Assembly (NCBI GenBank): GCA_964618105.1 | Contig: CAZUAJ010000001.1 | Location: 24,896-88,895 of the forward strand | Direction: 5' to 3' | Origin: an uncultured Clostridium sp. | GTDB taxonomy: Bacteria > Bacillota > Clostridia > TANB77 > CAG-508 | Length of the DNA stretch: 64,000 nucleotides | Shown: piece by piece, positions 10,288 through 19,240 of the stretch | Numbering within the stretch: the stretch's first letter is position 1 | Layout: each line of letters starts with the position of its first letter | The notes under the pieces: generated by a model | Databases searched by the model: none | What the model saw: only the letters and a program-made list of their open reading frames with translations | Told to the model about the DNA's origin: nothing | Translations under genes and position numbers: made by a program

Positions 10288-11328
10288 TTAATATATATTA
10301 TTAGATTTAAGTTCTTCAATAATAAATTTATTTGTATTGATTGTAGCTATAATAGAATTACAACTATTTATAATATTTTCTTCGTCAAATTCACTTTTTA
10401 TATTAAAGTCTAAAAAGTCTTTATCGTGTAATCTAATACAAATTTTATTTTGAAAAATGTTTACTTCTAAATTTATATTCTTTTTAGCTAATTCAACGAA
10501 ACAAGCTAACATCCTATTAGAACAATATTTATTTAATAATTCAGGATTATCAGTTTCTATTTCATAATATTGGTTAAATTCTTCATTAGATGATTGTATT
10601 GCATTTTTCAATTTTAAACTATCTAATTTTCTATTACGTATTTTTATAGATATTGGAATATTAAAAGTAAGTGTATAAATACTTGCTATTCCACAGAATA
10701 ATGTAGTATACCAATAACCATAAGCACCCCCATCTTTAAATTTTGAATGAACTTTTGACATAATTAAATTTGTATTACTGTTTAATTTAATATTATCTGT
10801 TGAAACATACGCTTCATGACTATTTGAAAATCCCATACTTTCATAAAGTTCTTGAGACATGCCATAACTATGATCATATTGGCTATTAGGAATTACATAT
10901 TCAATTATAGGCTTACATATTCTTTCACAAAATATATCATTATATTCTTCCTTATCTTCAGTAGAATTTTTTACCCAATGATTTCTTTGTATGGTTCTTC
11001 TAGGTCTTATTACTACTTGGTATATAAAAAAAATAATAACAATTACCATAGAAAAAGGTATTAAAATCTTAAACATAAACGTTAAAGAAGCTTGTCCTGA
11101 TTTATAATCTGGTGTCATATCACTAATCATAAATTTTATCATTAAGATAATTAAAAGAAAAGTTATTATCTCTATAGCAATTTTTAACAAACTACGTGAA
11201 ACTATAGATTTAGCAACAGAAACATTATTGCTAGTTTTTTCTTCTTTTACTTCTTTTTTCTTTCCTTCTAATAATTGATAATTTTGATTATACAATTTTT
11301 GATATAATTCTCTTATTTTTTCTGACAT
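10288..11328 (-). CDS. Hypothetical membrane protein (2 TM plus large C-terminal domain)
   Basis: Long ORF, two hydrophobic helices near the N-terminus. Confidence 0.45.
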   Translation of the reverse strand: MSEKIRELYQKLYNQNYQLLEGKKKEVKEEKTSNNVSVAKSIVSRSLLKIAIEIITFLLIILMIKFMISDMTPDYKSGQASLTFMFKILIPFSMVIVIIFFIYQVVIRPRRTIQRNHWVKNSTEDKEEYNDIFCERICKPIIEYVIPNSQYDHSYGMSQELYESMGFSNSHEAYVSTDNIKLNSNTNLIMSKVHSKFKDGGAYGYWYTTLFCGIASIYTLTFNIPISIKIRNRKLDSLKLKNAIQSSNEEFNQYYEIETDNPELLNKYCSNRMLACFVELAKKNINLEVNIFQNKICIRLHDKDFLDFNIKSEFDEENIINSCNSIIATINTNKFIIEELKSNNIY

Positions 11329-11518
11329 TTGTTACCTCCAAATTTAAAATGCTTTCTTTTTCTTCTTTTAGTTTGTTAATAATTTTATCTTTAGCAGATA
11401 ATTCACCTTTTAAATTATAAATTTCTTTATCTTTTATTGGTTCGAACAGAAACGTCGTTGGAGCGTTTGTCGTGGTTATTTGCGAAAAAACTCTCCAATA
11501 TTTTCGTTCTTTAATCAA
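11288..11518 (-). CDS. Hypothetical small protein, overlaps and is co-directional with the 346-aa membrane protein
   Basis: ORF only; 41-nt overlap suggests coupling. Confidence 0.25.
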   Translation of the reverse strand: MIKERKYWRVFSQITTTNAPTTFLFEPIKDKEIYNLKGELSAKDKIINKLKEEKESILNLEVTNVRKNKRIISKIV

Positions 11519-11584
11519 CTGTAAATATATTTTATCATAATACTTTTAAAAAGTATACTCCCATATTAAAAAATTTCTTCAAAT

Positions 11585-11653
11585 TTCTAGTTTTTTACAA
11601 TTTTTATGTTATAATATCTTTAGTTCTTGCAAATTGTGCAACAGATTGTTGCA
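11585..11653 (+). promoter_or_regulatory. Extended -10 promoter (TGTTATAAT) plus palindrome TGCAACA-GAT-TGTTGCA upstream of the MazF-like gene
   Basis: Read directly; the palindrome lies between the promoter and the RBS GGAGGAAAC. Confidence 0.4.
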
Positions 11654-11692
11654 TAATCTTAAGAGTAATTAACGATAAGGAGGAAACAAATT

Positions 11693-12388
11693 ATGGCTGG
11701 AAATGATATAGAAATAAAAAATAATACTGTTATTCATAAAGATAACTCATTAAATAGACTAGACTTATCTTTCTTGAAACATATAGAATTAGAAGAATTT
11801 AAAAAGAGTGATTTACTAGCTTATTGGATTAATGACTTTGCAGTTTACCACGATGAAGAAAGAACTTTTAATATTTCAAAATCTGGTGTATTTTCTCGTG
11901 GAGATATTATAAAAGTTAATCTAGGTTTTAATATAGGACATGAATTAGGAGGACTACATTACTGTGTTGTATTAAGTAAGTATGATAATACTAGAAATGG
12001 AACATTAAATGTTATTCCTTTGACTTCAAAGAAAACAAATAAGAAATATGATTCTTCTACTGTAAATCTTGGAAATGAATTATATAGTATTTTACAAGAA
12101 AAACTTGATAAAGAAAAACAAAAATTAAAACAAATTTTAGATGAATTAGATAAAATAGAAGATATTCCTATTAATATTCAAAATATAATAGAAAAAGAGA
12201 AAATATATATTGAAAAAATGGAAGATGAAATTTCTAAAATGAAACAAGATAGTATAGCTTTAATAAATCAAATAACTACAATTAGTAAACAAAGGATTTT
12301 TAAAGATACTTTAAGAAGAAATGTAAAACTATCTAACAATTCACTTGACTTAATAGATGAGCAAATTATAAAATATTTTACAAAATAA
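11693..12388 (+). CDS. PemK/MazF-fold domain protein with N-terminal extension and a C-terminal coiled-coil (about 90 aa) tail
   Basis: RGDIIKVNLGFNIGHELGGLHYCVVLS ... NVIPLTSKK matches the PemK/MazF signature (GD[IV]..[VA].[LF]....G.E.GG.RP.[VL]V[LI]S ... V.P.TS). Confidence 0.5.
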   Translation: MAGNDIEIKNNTVIHKDNSLNRLDLSFLKHIELEEFKKSDLLAYWINDFAVYHDEERTFNISKSGVFSRGDIIKVNLGFNIGHELGGLHYCVVLSKYDNTRNGTLNVIPLTSKKTNKKYDSSTVNLGNELYSILQEKLDKEKQKLKQILDELDKIEDIPINIQNIIEKEKIYIEKMEDEISKMKQDSIALINQITTISKQRIFKDTLRRNVKLSNNSLDLIDEQIIKYFTK

Positions 12389-12394
12389 AAAAGA

Positions 12395-12428
12395 GGAGAG
12401 TTGCTATTGAACTCTCCAAAATCTTTTT
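12395..12428 (+). terminator. Terminator of the MazF-like gene
   Basis: GGAGAGTT-N7-AACTCTCC then AAAATCTTTTT. Confidence 0.55.
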
Positions 12429-12495
12429 GGCTCCCGTCTTACTACATAAGTAGTAGAGAGTTAAGTTAAATATATTTTAACATATAATATTTAAC

Positions 12496-12517
12496 TTGTC
12501 AAATCAATATTTGACAA
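12496..12517. repeat. Perfect palindrome TTGTCAAAT-CAAT-ATTTGACAA next to the recombinase pseudogene
   Basis: Read directly; 9-bp arms. Confidence 0.5.
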
Positions 12518-12582
12518 TATTATTATATTCAATAATATTCGAATGTATACTTTAAACTATAAAAAATTACAATTATGATGAT

Positions 12583-12614
12583 AAAGGCGAAAACTGTTTT
12601 CAGTTTTCGCCTTT
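12583..12614. terminator. Bidirectional terminator, perfect 14-bp stem
   Basis: AAAGGCGAAAACTG-TTTT-CAGTTTTCGCCTTT. Confidence 0.7.
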
Positions 12615-12618
12615 AAAG

Positions 12619-13968
<1,350 letters not shown>

Positions 13969-14020
13969 CCTTTACAGTTGATTTATCAATACTTTCGTCT
14001 GGTGCGACGATTTTACTTAA

Positions 14021-14034
14021 TGGAGCTTCCAGCC
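14021..14034. repeat. att core copy, the displaced 3' end of tRNA-Thr
   Basis: Identical to 45052-45065. Confidence 0.8.
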
Positions 14035-14089
14035 TTTTTAGTTTTTCTGAAGTTGAGCATTTACAAGGCTTTTAGCTATTATATTTATT

Positions 14090-14111
14090 TTTTAATGTGA
14101 TTTTAATGTGA
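14090..14111. repeat. Tandem 11-bp repeat TTTTAATGTGA x2, putative integrase arm-type site
   Basis: Near-identical motif TTTTAATGTAA occurs x3 at 44861-44910 next to int. Confidence 0.4.
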
Positions 14112-14237
14112 TTATATTATTTTTTTGAAATAATATTTGTAAAATAATCTTTTTAATATTATAACTATGACATCTCTAAATTTCAATAGTTTTCTAACTT
14201 TTTATATTAAAAATTTCAAAAAATATTTAAAAAGTTA

Positions 14238-14266
14238 TTGACATACGTATAAATACGTAGTATAAT
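14238..14266 (+). promoter_or_regulatory. Consensus sigma-A promoter TTGACA-17-TATAAT of hicAB; the spacer holds two palindromic TACGTA hexamers
   Basis: TTGACAtacgtataaatacgtagTATAAT read directly. Confidence 0.7.
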
Positions 14267-14290
14267 AATTAACAGAAAGGAGGATAATAA

Positions 14291-14468
14291 ATGCGAAGTA
14301 GACAGCTAATCAAATTGCTAAAGCAAAATGGTTGGCACGAAGTATCTCAAAATGGTTCTCACTTAAAGATGAGAAAACGGTAATCAAATAGAAATAATAC
14401 CGGTACATAATAAAGATATTCCAATCGGAACAGCTGAAGCAATACTTAAAAGGACAGGGCTAAAGTGA
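14291..14468 (+). pseudogene. hicA: HicA toxin gene interrupted by a 1-nt frameshift at the A4 run (14375-14378)
   Basis: Frame 1 reads MRSRQLIKLLKQNGWHEVSQNGSHLKMRKR*. Shifted frame continues ENGNQIEIIPVHNKDIPIGTAEAILKRTGLK*. Together these align with HicA (GSHxxxxHP...VPxHxKDLxxGTLxxILKQAGL). Confidence 0.7.
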
Positions 14469-14607
14469 TTAGCCCTTCCTACAACATATATAATATAATT
14501 TTCAGTTTATTAAGGAGAAGGCTTAATTTTATATTATATTAATTATTGCTGATTCACTGCGCATTATTTTCTTCTTTCTATTTTTTAATAATTTGGAGGG
14601 TTTTAAA

Positions 14608-15000
14608 ATGAAAAAAGGATTAACTGTCTTTCCTGCAATATTTACATTTGATGGTAAATATTATAATGTTGACTTTATAGATTTAAAATGCTGTTCAACT
14701 TTCGGAGACAGTATACAAGATGCCTATTTAATGGCTCAAAATGCTATGGGCTTATATTTAGATAATCTTACTAATTTTCCAAGTCCAACTTTAGATGTTT
14801 CAGGTATTTTATTGGATAAAAATCAATTTGTATCATTTGTAAGTATTGACATGGACGAATATCGAAAAAAATTTAACAATAAATCTATAAAGAAGACTTT
14901 ATCAATACCAGAATGGTTGAATTATTTATCTGAAAAAAACAATATAAACTTTTCTCAAGTTTTGCAAGAAGCATTGAAAGAAAAACTAGGTATTGACTAA
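14608..15000 (+). CDS. hicB: HicB family antitoxin (UPF0150 N-domain plus C-terminal DNA-binding tail)
   Basis: FPAIFTFDGKYYNVDFIDLKCCSTFGDSIQDAYLMAQNAMGLYL matches the HicB N-terminal fold; RBS GGAGGG before ATG 14608. Confidence 0.7.
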   Translation: MKKGLTVFPAIFTFDGKYYNVDFIDLKCCSTFGDSIQDAYLMAQNAMGLYLDNLTNFPSPTLDVSGILLDKNQFVSFVSIDMDEYRKKFNNKSIKKTLSIPEWLNYLSEKNNINFSQVLQEALKEKLGID

Positions 15001-15064
15001 TTATTTATAATGGAATATAATATATATAAGAAATCGCATTTATTATCCCAAAAGGAGAAAAAAT

Positions 15065-15108
15065 AGATTAGCCATATATGAACTTGAAAGTGGCTAGTCT
15101 ATTTTTTA
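15065..15108. terminator. Bidirectional terminator between hicB and the endolysin
   Basis: TAGATTAGCCA...TGGCTAGTCTA then TTTTTTATT. Confidence 0.5.
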
Positions 15109-15125
15109 TTAGCCATATTTAGCTG

Positions 15126-15797
15126 TTATACTTTTTTACAATACTTTAAACAAATCCATCCACTTGGAATTTTACCCCACTCTCCTTTTACTTCTGATAC
15201 ATCACAAACACAATTCCTTACTAATCCATTTGGTTTATAGCCTACTAATTTTTTAATTTGAGCTTGCGCATTTGCCGTTAACTGATTGAACTTCTTCCAA
15301 GAATAATTGGTTCCTGGTCCAGTTCTTACTGTTAATACATCGCAGTCAACTCTATATCTGCCTTTGTTATATTTAGAATTATTGTTGCTTGTTGGTAAGT
15401 CTGCATTTATGTACGCTGTAGGATTTATAAAGTTGTCGTTTTTATCTCTTACCTCAAAATGCAAATGTGCTCCAAAGCTATGACCAGTATTTCCCATATA
15501 GCCTATAACATGTCCCTTTGATACTTTTTGACCTACTTTTACAGTTACACTATTATATTTCATATGCGCATATAGTGTGTAATATCCATTATGTTTTATT
15601 TTTACATAGTTACCATAAGAGCTCCCATATTTATCGTTTGTTTTATAATTATTCCTAACAGACACTACAGTTCCTTCTGAATGTGCTGTGATATAGTCTA
15701 AGGTATAACCAGTGCCAACTAAGTCAATGCCATTATGAACTCCTTTTTTAAATGCTTGTGTAATCACATTTTTTTTATTTTTAAACACTCTACTCAT
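15126..15797 (-). CDS. Endolysin: M23/LytM zinc endopeptidase with C-terminal SH3-like cell-wall-binding domain
   Basis: HNGIDL ... GHVIGYMGNTGHSFGAHLHFEV motifs; start set at MSRVF (RBS GAGGTG). Confidence 0.75.
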   Translation of the reverse strand: MSRVFKNKKNVITQAFKKGVHNGIDLVGTGYTLDYITAHSEGTVVSVRNNYKTNDKYGSSYGNYVKIKHNGYYTLYAHMKYNSVTVKVGQKVSKGHVIGYMGNTGHSFGAHLHFEVRDKNDNFINPTAYINADLPTSNNNSKYNKGRYRVDCDVLTVRTGPGTNYSWKKFNQLTANAQAQIKKLVGYKPNGLVRNCVCDVSEVKGEWGKIPSGWICLKYCKKV

Positions 15798-15891
15798 CTT
15801 CTGACACCTCGATTTCATCTTTTATTTCTTCAAAAATTTCTTCTGTAGGTTCTTCTACAGGTTTCATTATTTCAATTTCTTCATCTTCCAT
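15790..15891 (-). CDS. 33-aa highly acidic peptide (MEDEEIEIMKPVEEPTEEIFEEIKDEIEVSEDE) between holin and endolysin
   Basis: RBS GAGGAG 7 nt before ATG immediately after the holin stop; stop TAG overlaps the endolysin start as ATGAGTAG. Confidence 0.45.
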   Translation of the reverse strand: MEDEEIEIMKPVEEPTEEIFEEIKDEIEVSEDE

Positions 15892-16095
15892 TTATTTCTC
15901 CTCGCTTTCATCAGTTCTTTTGTCTGATTTTCTTGTAAAATAATATGTAAATACTGCTGTAACTAAATTAGTTACCAAAATCAATAAATTTTCTGCTATT
16001 GTAGCACCTAATAAATTGGTGATTACAATTACAAATAACAATAATATCATTGCTACTGTTACAAAGCTTTTTAAATCTTCCCACGCTTGTTTCAT
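15892..16095 (-). CDS. Holin (two TM helices, charged C-terminus)
   Basis: 67 aa, hydrophobic helices x2, RKSDKRTDESEEK tail, position before the endolysin. Confidence 0.65.
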   Translation of the reverse strand: MKQAWEDLKSFVTVAMILLLFVIVITNLLGATIAENLLILVTNLVTAVFTYYFTRKSDKRTDESEEK

Positions 16096-16097
16096 TT

Positions 16098-16310
16098 CTA
16101 ACTTCTCCTTTCTAAATCTTCAATTCTATGATTTGCAACTTTTATTTGTTCTTCTATAACCGGTACTCGCTGTGCAAAATTATTATGTAACCTAACTTCT
16201 CTTGTAAGTTCTTCAATTTTAGTATCAGTAACTGCTTGTTGTGTTGATAGTTTATTTTCTATCTTTTTATTACTAGATAAATTAGAAACAACAACTCCTA
16301 TTAATGACAA
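16098..16310 (-). CDS. Small coiled-coil protein in the XhlA position of the lysis cassette; start uncertain (TTG)
   Basis: Coiled-coil 70 aa just upstream of the holin; a strong RBS+ATG 35 nt upstream is in another frame. Confidence 0.4.
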   Translation of the reverse strand: MSLIGVVVSNLSSNKKIENKLSTQQAVTDTKIEELTREVRLHNNFAQRVPVIEEQIKVANHRIEDLERRS

Positions 16311-16368
16311 TCCGTCCTGTTATTAAAGCTACTATTATTGCTTCCATACACTTCTCCTTTCTTAAAAA

Positions 16369-16662
16369 CTATAATTTTCTGCCGTTTCCCCAAGTTCTAC
16401 CATTTCTAAAAGTTACATATAAATTTCCATTATAATCAACAGCGATTAACGATGCATCATTGGAATTACTAGCTATTAATAACCCTTTTGAATATAGTGG
16501 AATTGTAATATTTCCCATCTCTATGTCTTCGCCAAAACTTATTACTGCAAATCTTATAAACGTATTTAATATATCTTTATTATTATTATCTATATAAAAA
16601 TTAACCGTTTCTGAATAATATTCATTTCCGTCAATATCTCTAAAATTTCCTACTTTTTTCAT
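16369..16662 (-). CDS. Tail-fibre-associated paralog P3 (97 aa)
   Basis: N-terminus MKKVGNFRDIDGNEYY shares a motif with P1 and P2; no SD. Confidence 0.5.
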   Translation of the reverse strand: MKKVGNFRDIDGNEYYSETVNFYIDNNNKDILNTFIRFAVISFGEDIEMGNITIPLYSKGLLIASNSNDASLIAVDYNGNLYVTFRNGRTWGNGRKL

Positions 16663-16680
16663 AATATATAAGCACTTAAA

Positions 16681-17124
16681 CTATGCACTTGATACTAGTA
16701 TCATATCTTTAACGTAATTTTGAAATTCTGTCTCAGTAAATTCTCTCCACAAAAGGCTTCTCATTCTATTATGATTAAGTATTTTCATATACCACTCATC
16801 ATTATAATTAGGACTATAAATAAAAATATAGTTATAACCATCTTCTGCTTTGTAAATATATATATTTTTTTTATATTTACTCAAATCCCACGGTACAATA
16901 GGAGATATTATAATTTTATTATTTCTATCTATATTAACAAATCCAGCTATCGCACTATCGTAATAATCCAAATTACTCATAAACATGGTTAATTGTTGAT
17001 AACCTGGAGTGGAACTCCAAAGTCCTATTAAATAATATTTATTTCTTGAACCCCAAAATTTACGTTGAGTTTCTGGATAATACTTATTACCTGCTTGATC
17101 AACTAAATATCCACTATAATTCAT
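16681..17124 (-). CDS. Tail-fibre-associated paralog P2 (147 aa)
   Basis: N-terminus MNYSGYLVDQAGNKYYP; no SD; 13 nt after the P1 stop. Confidence 0.5.
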   Translation of the reverse strand: MNYSGYLVDQAGNKYYPETQRKFWGSRNKYYLIGLWSSTPGYQQLTMFMSNLDYYDSAIAGFVNIDRNNKIIISPIVPWDLSKYKKNIYIYKAEDGYNYIFIYSPNYNDEWYMKILNHNRMRSLLWREFTETEFQNYVKDMILVSSA

Positions 17125-17138
17125 ATATTTTTTGTTAT

Positions 17139-17591
17139 TTAATTTAGCTTCCTTATTTTGACTTCAAAATTTGTTGGGTTGATATTTGCATCATTCCTAG
17201 TAAAATATAAATATACTCCTTTTTCAGAATTAAATAATGGTACGGTTCTTTCTGTTTCTCCACCTTCACAGACAACCTTAACTCTTGAGTCTCCTTGTGT
17301 TGCCGTGCCATAATAGTTAGCTAAAACGTCTATTCTAGGTCTTACAACTACACTTGAACCATTATATCCACAATTTATTGTTAATATTGCATATAGTGTT
17401 GACCTGTAATTAGAACTTCCTTGTGGATTAAAATTATAAGACATAGCAATTTCATATATGTCACCAATTTTTACTCCATTTATTCGCATATATTCAGTAT
17501 TATCGGAAATTTTACCTATACTATATCCTAATTCTTTAGTCAAAAAATACTTATTGCCATCCTTATCTTCAAAATGCCCTACATAGTTCAT
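17139..17591 (-). CDS. Tail-fibre-associated paralog P1 (150 aa)
   Basis: N-terminus MNYVGHFEDKDGNKYF; ATG overlaps the leader ORF stop (ATGA). Confidence 0.5.
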   Translation of the reverse strand: MNYVGHFEDKDGNKYFLTKELGYSIGKISDNTEYMRINGVKIGDIYEIAMSYNFNPQGSSNYRSTLYAILTINCGYNGSSVVVRPRIDVLANYYGTATQGDSRVKVVCEGGETERTVPLFNSEKGVYLYFTRNDANINPTNFEVKIRKLN

Positions 17592-17743
17592 CCGCTATCA
17601 CGGAGAGTGCTTAATAATTCACTCTCCTTTCTCCTAAGGAAGCTAAGCCAATTAAATAACTTGCCTCCTTCCTTGTTTTGTAAAAACACTTGTGTGTGTG
17701 TGTGTGTGTGTGTGTACGGCCTCAAGGCTTTCAACAGTTTCAT
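17588..17743 (-). CDS. 51-codon leader ORF containing the (CA)12 tract (encodes THTHTHT)
   Basis: RBS AAGGAGGAA 7 nt before ATG right after the tail-fibre stop; terminates TGA overlapping the P1 ATG. Confidence 0.45.
   Translation of the reverse strand: MKLLKALRPYTHTHTHTQVFLQNKEGGKLFNWLSFLRRKESELLSTLRDSG
17602..17627 (-). promoter_or_regulatory. 8-bp hairpin GGAGAGTG-N10-CACTCTCC 10 nt upstream of the P1 start codon
   Basis: Read directly; lies inside the 3' end of the leader ORF. Confidence 0.45.
17691..17715. repeat. Dinucleotide repeat (TG)12.5 on plus strand, (CA)12.5 on the coding minus strand
   Basis: tgtgtgtgtgtgtgtgtgtgtgtgt read directly. Confidence 0.95.
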
Positions 17744-17766
17744 ACACATTCCTCCTTTTTTATTTT

Positions 17767-19239
17767 TTATGACCAACTGTCGGTCACAACAAAAGAGAGA
17801 ACCTTGTTCTTTCCCATATAAATTTGTTCTAAAAATTCACTTTCTAATGCTACTTCCAGTTTATCTTTTTCTGATACTTTTCCTATTGCCATTCCTTTGC
17901 CGGTCGCTCTGAAATCTAATAAAGTAAAGCCTGTTCCTAATGCTAATGACATTATTGTTGGATTTTGATCTGTGAAATAATCATTTACCCAAAACTGAAA
18001 ATCATAAGAATTATCTACACTGAAAATTAAATCAGATAAAACTATATCAGTTTTATCTAGGCTATAACTATTATTATCTACTGTGACATAGGTGTATGAA
18101 CTGCTTAAACTTGTTTTATACCCTATTTTAAAAACATGACTGTTTTTATTATTAACAGAGCTTACATTTGCTTTAAATGTATATTTTACATATGTACCTT
18201 CTTCATTTACAGTTCCATCCTCATTACATCTCATGGCACTTGTGGCTAATATTGTAGGATTAAAATATGGTACACATATATATGTCACTGTTTTAGTTCC
18301 AGTTCTTCCTCTACTATCTGTGACTGTAGCAGTTATCGTTTTAGTTCCAGAACCCTTTAAAACATTAGAAACAAAGTTACTTGAATTATATGTATTGTCG
18401 TCGATGCCTGTTATTTTATAACTTTTTATGGTGGATCCATAAGAACCACTTGCTGTCGTTACAACTTTTAATTTAGATTTATTTTGAACATAGCATCCCC
18501 AACTTGAAGGTACCGTTGAACCGCCTTCACTTATCGTTACTGTGTTTACTGTTGGTTTTATTGTGTTTGGTACTTTTAATTCTACTTCTATACTTTTTGT
18601 TCCAATCAGAGTATTTCCACTGTATGTTTGACAAATTATTGTGCAAGTTCCTTTTTCAGAACTTGGTATTTGACTTGCTAGACTTAAAGGTGTAAACCAA
18701 GTCACAATATCTTCTACTCCACTAGCTATAGTATCACTTGTATTGCCAAAATTATAACTTATTGTATGAGTAAAACTTGAACTAGCTCTATTAGTTGTGA
18801 TTGTTAGGCTACTTCCCATTTCTATACTAGAAGCAGATAGTGTTGGGCTGCTTGCCCTTGCTATTGTTTCTAGTGTTATAGTTTTGCTTATTGTTCCGTT
18901 TGGATAATAGTTGCTCAATTTACCATTCATATACAATTTAATAGCTACAGATTTTGTTCCATCAGCATTATGATTTAAGGTTACTGTTTTAGTGCAAATC
19001 TTTACATAACTATCTGTGTTAAGATTATACTTAGGTGAAAAGCTGTATTTAGTACCGTCAATTGTTAATTCTACAGTTGATGTGCTGTTGTATGGATAAT
19101 ATGAACTATTATTTCTCTTTACATATCCAACAACCGTCAATGTACTCGTATTGTTAGTAATACTTTGTGTGTAGCTATATTCTACTTTTAACGTGAAGCC
19201 CTTACTCGGAGTTCCTATTTCCCCTGTAAATTCCGCCAT
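17767..19239 (-). CDS. Tail fibre or receptor-binding protein (490 aa, Ser/Thr/Asn-rich)
   Basis: Position after Tal, composition typical of fibre proteins. Confidence 0.55.
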   Translation of the reverse strand: MAEFTGEIGTPSKGFTLKVEYSYTQSITNNTSTLTVVGYVKRNNSSYYPYNSTSTVELTIDGTKYSFSPKYNLNTDSYVKICTKTVTLNHNADGTKSVAIKLYMNGKLSNYYPNGTISKTITLETIARASSPTLSASSIEMGSSLTITTNRASSSFTHTISYNFGNTSDTIASGVEDIVTWFTPLSLASQIPSSEKGTCTIICQTYSGNTLIGTKSIEVELKVPNTIKPTVNTVTISEGGSTVPSSWGCYVQNKSKLKVVTTASGSYGSTIKSYKITGIDDNTYNSSNFVSNVLKGSGTKTITATVTDSRGRTGTKTVTYICVPYFNPTILATSAMRCNEDGTVNEEGTYVKYTFKANVSSVNNKNSHVFKIGYKTSLSSSYTYVTVDNNSYSLDKTDIVLSDLIFSVDNSYDFQFWVNDYFTDQNPTIMSLALGTGFTLLDFRATGKGMAIGKVSEKDKLEVALESEFLEQIYMGKNKVLSFVVTDSWS

Positions 19240-19240
19240 A

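Noticed and set aside
17770-17786. Palindrome TGACCAACTGTCGGTCA after P1 leader region
   Set aside because: It lies within the last codons (VTDSWS*) of the tail-fibre gene and is not followed by a U tract. It is probably coincidental or a minor mRNA structure.
17574-17912. Plus-strand 112-aa ORF containing CVCVCVCVCV
   Set aside because: It is an artefact of translating the (TG)n tract. It lies antisense to the coupled leader/P1 arrangement and has no RBS.
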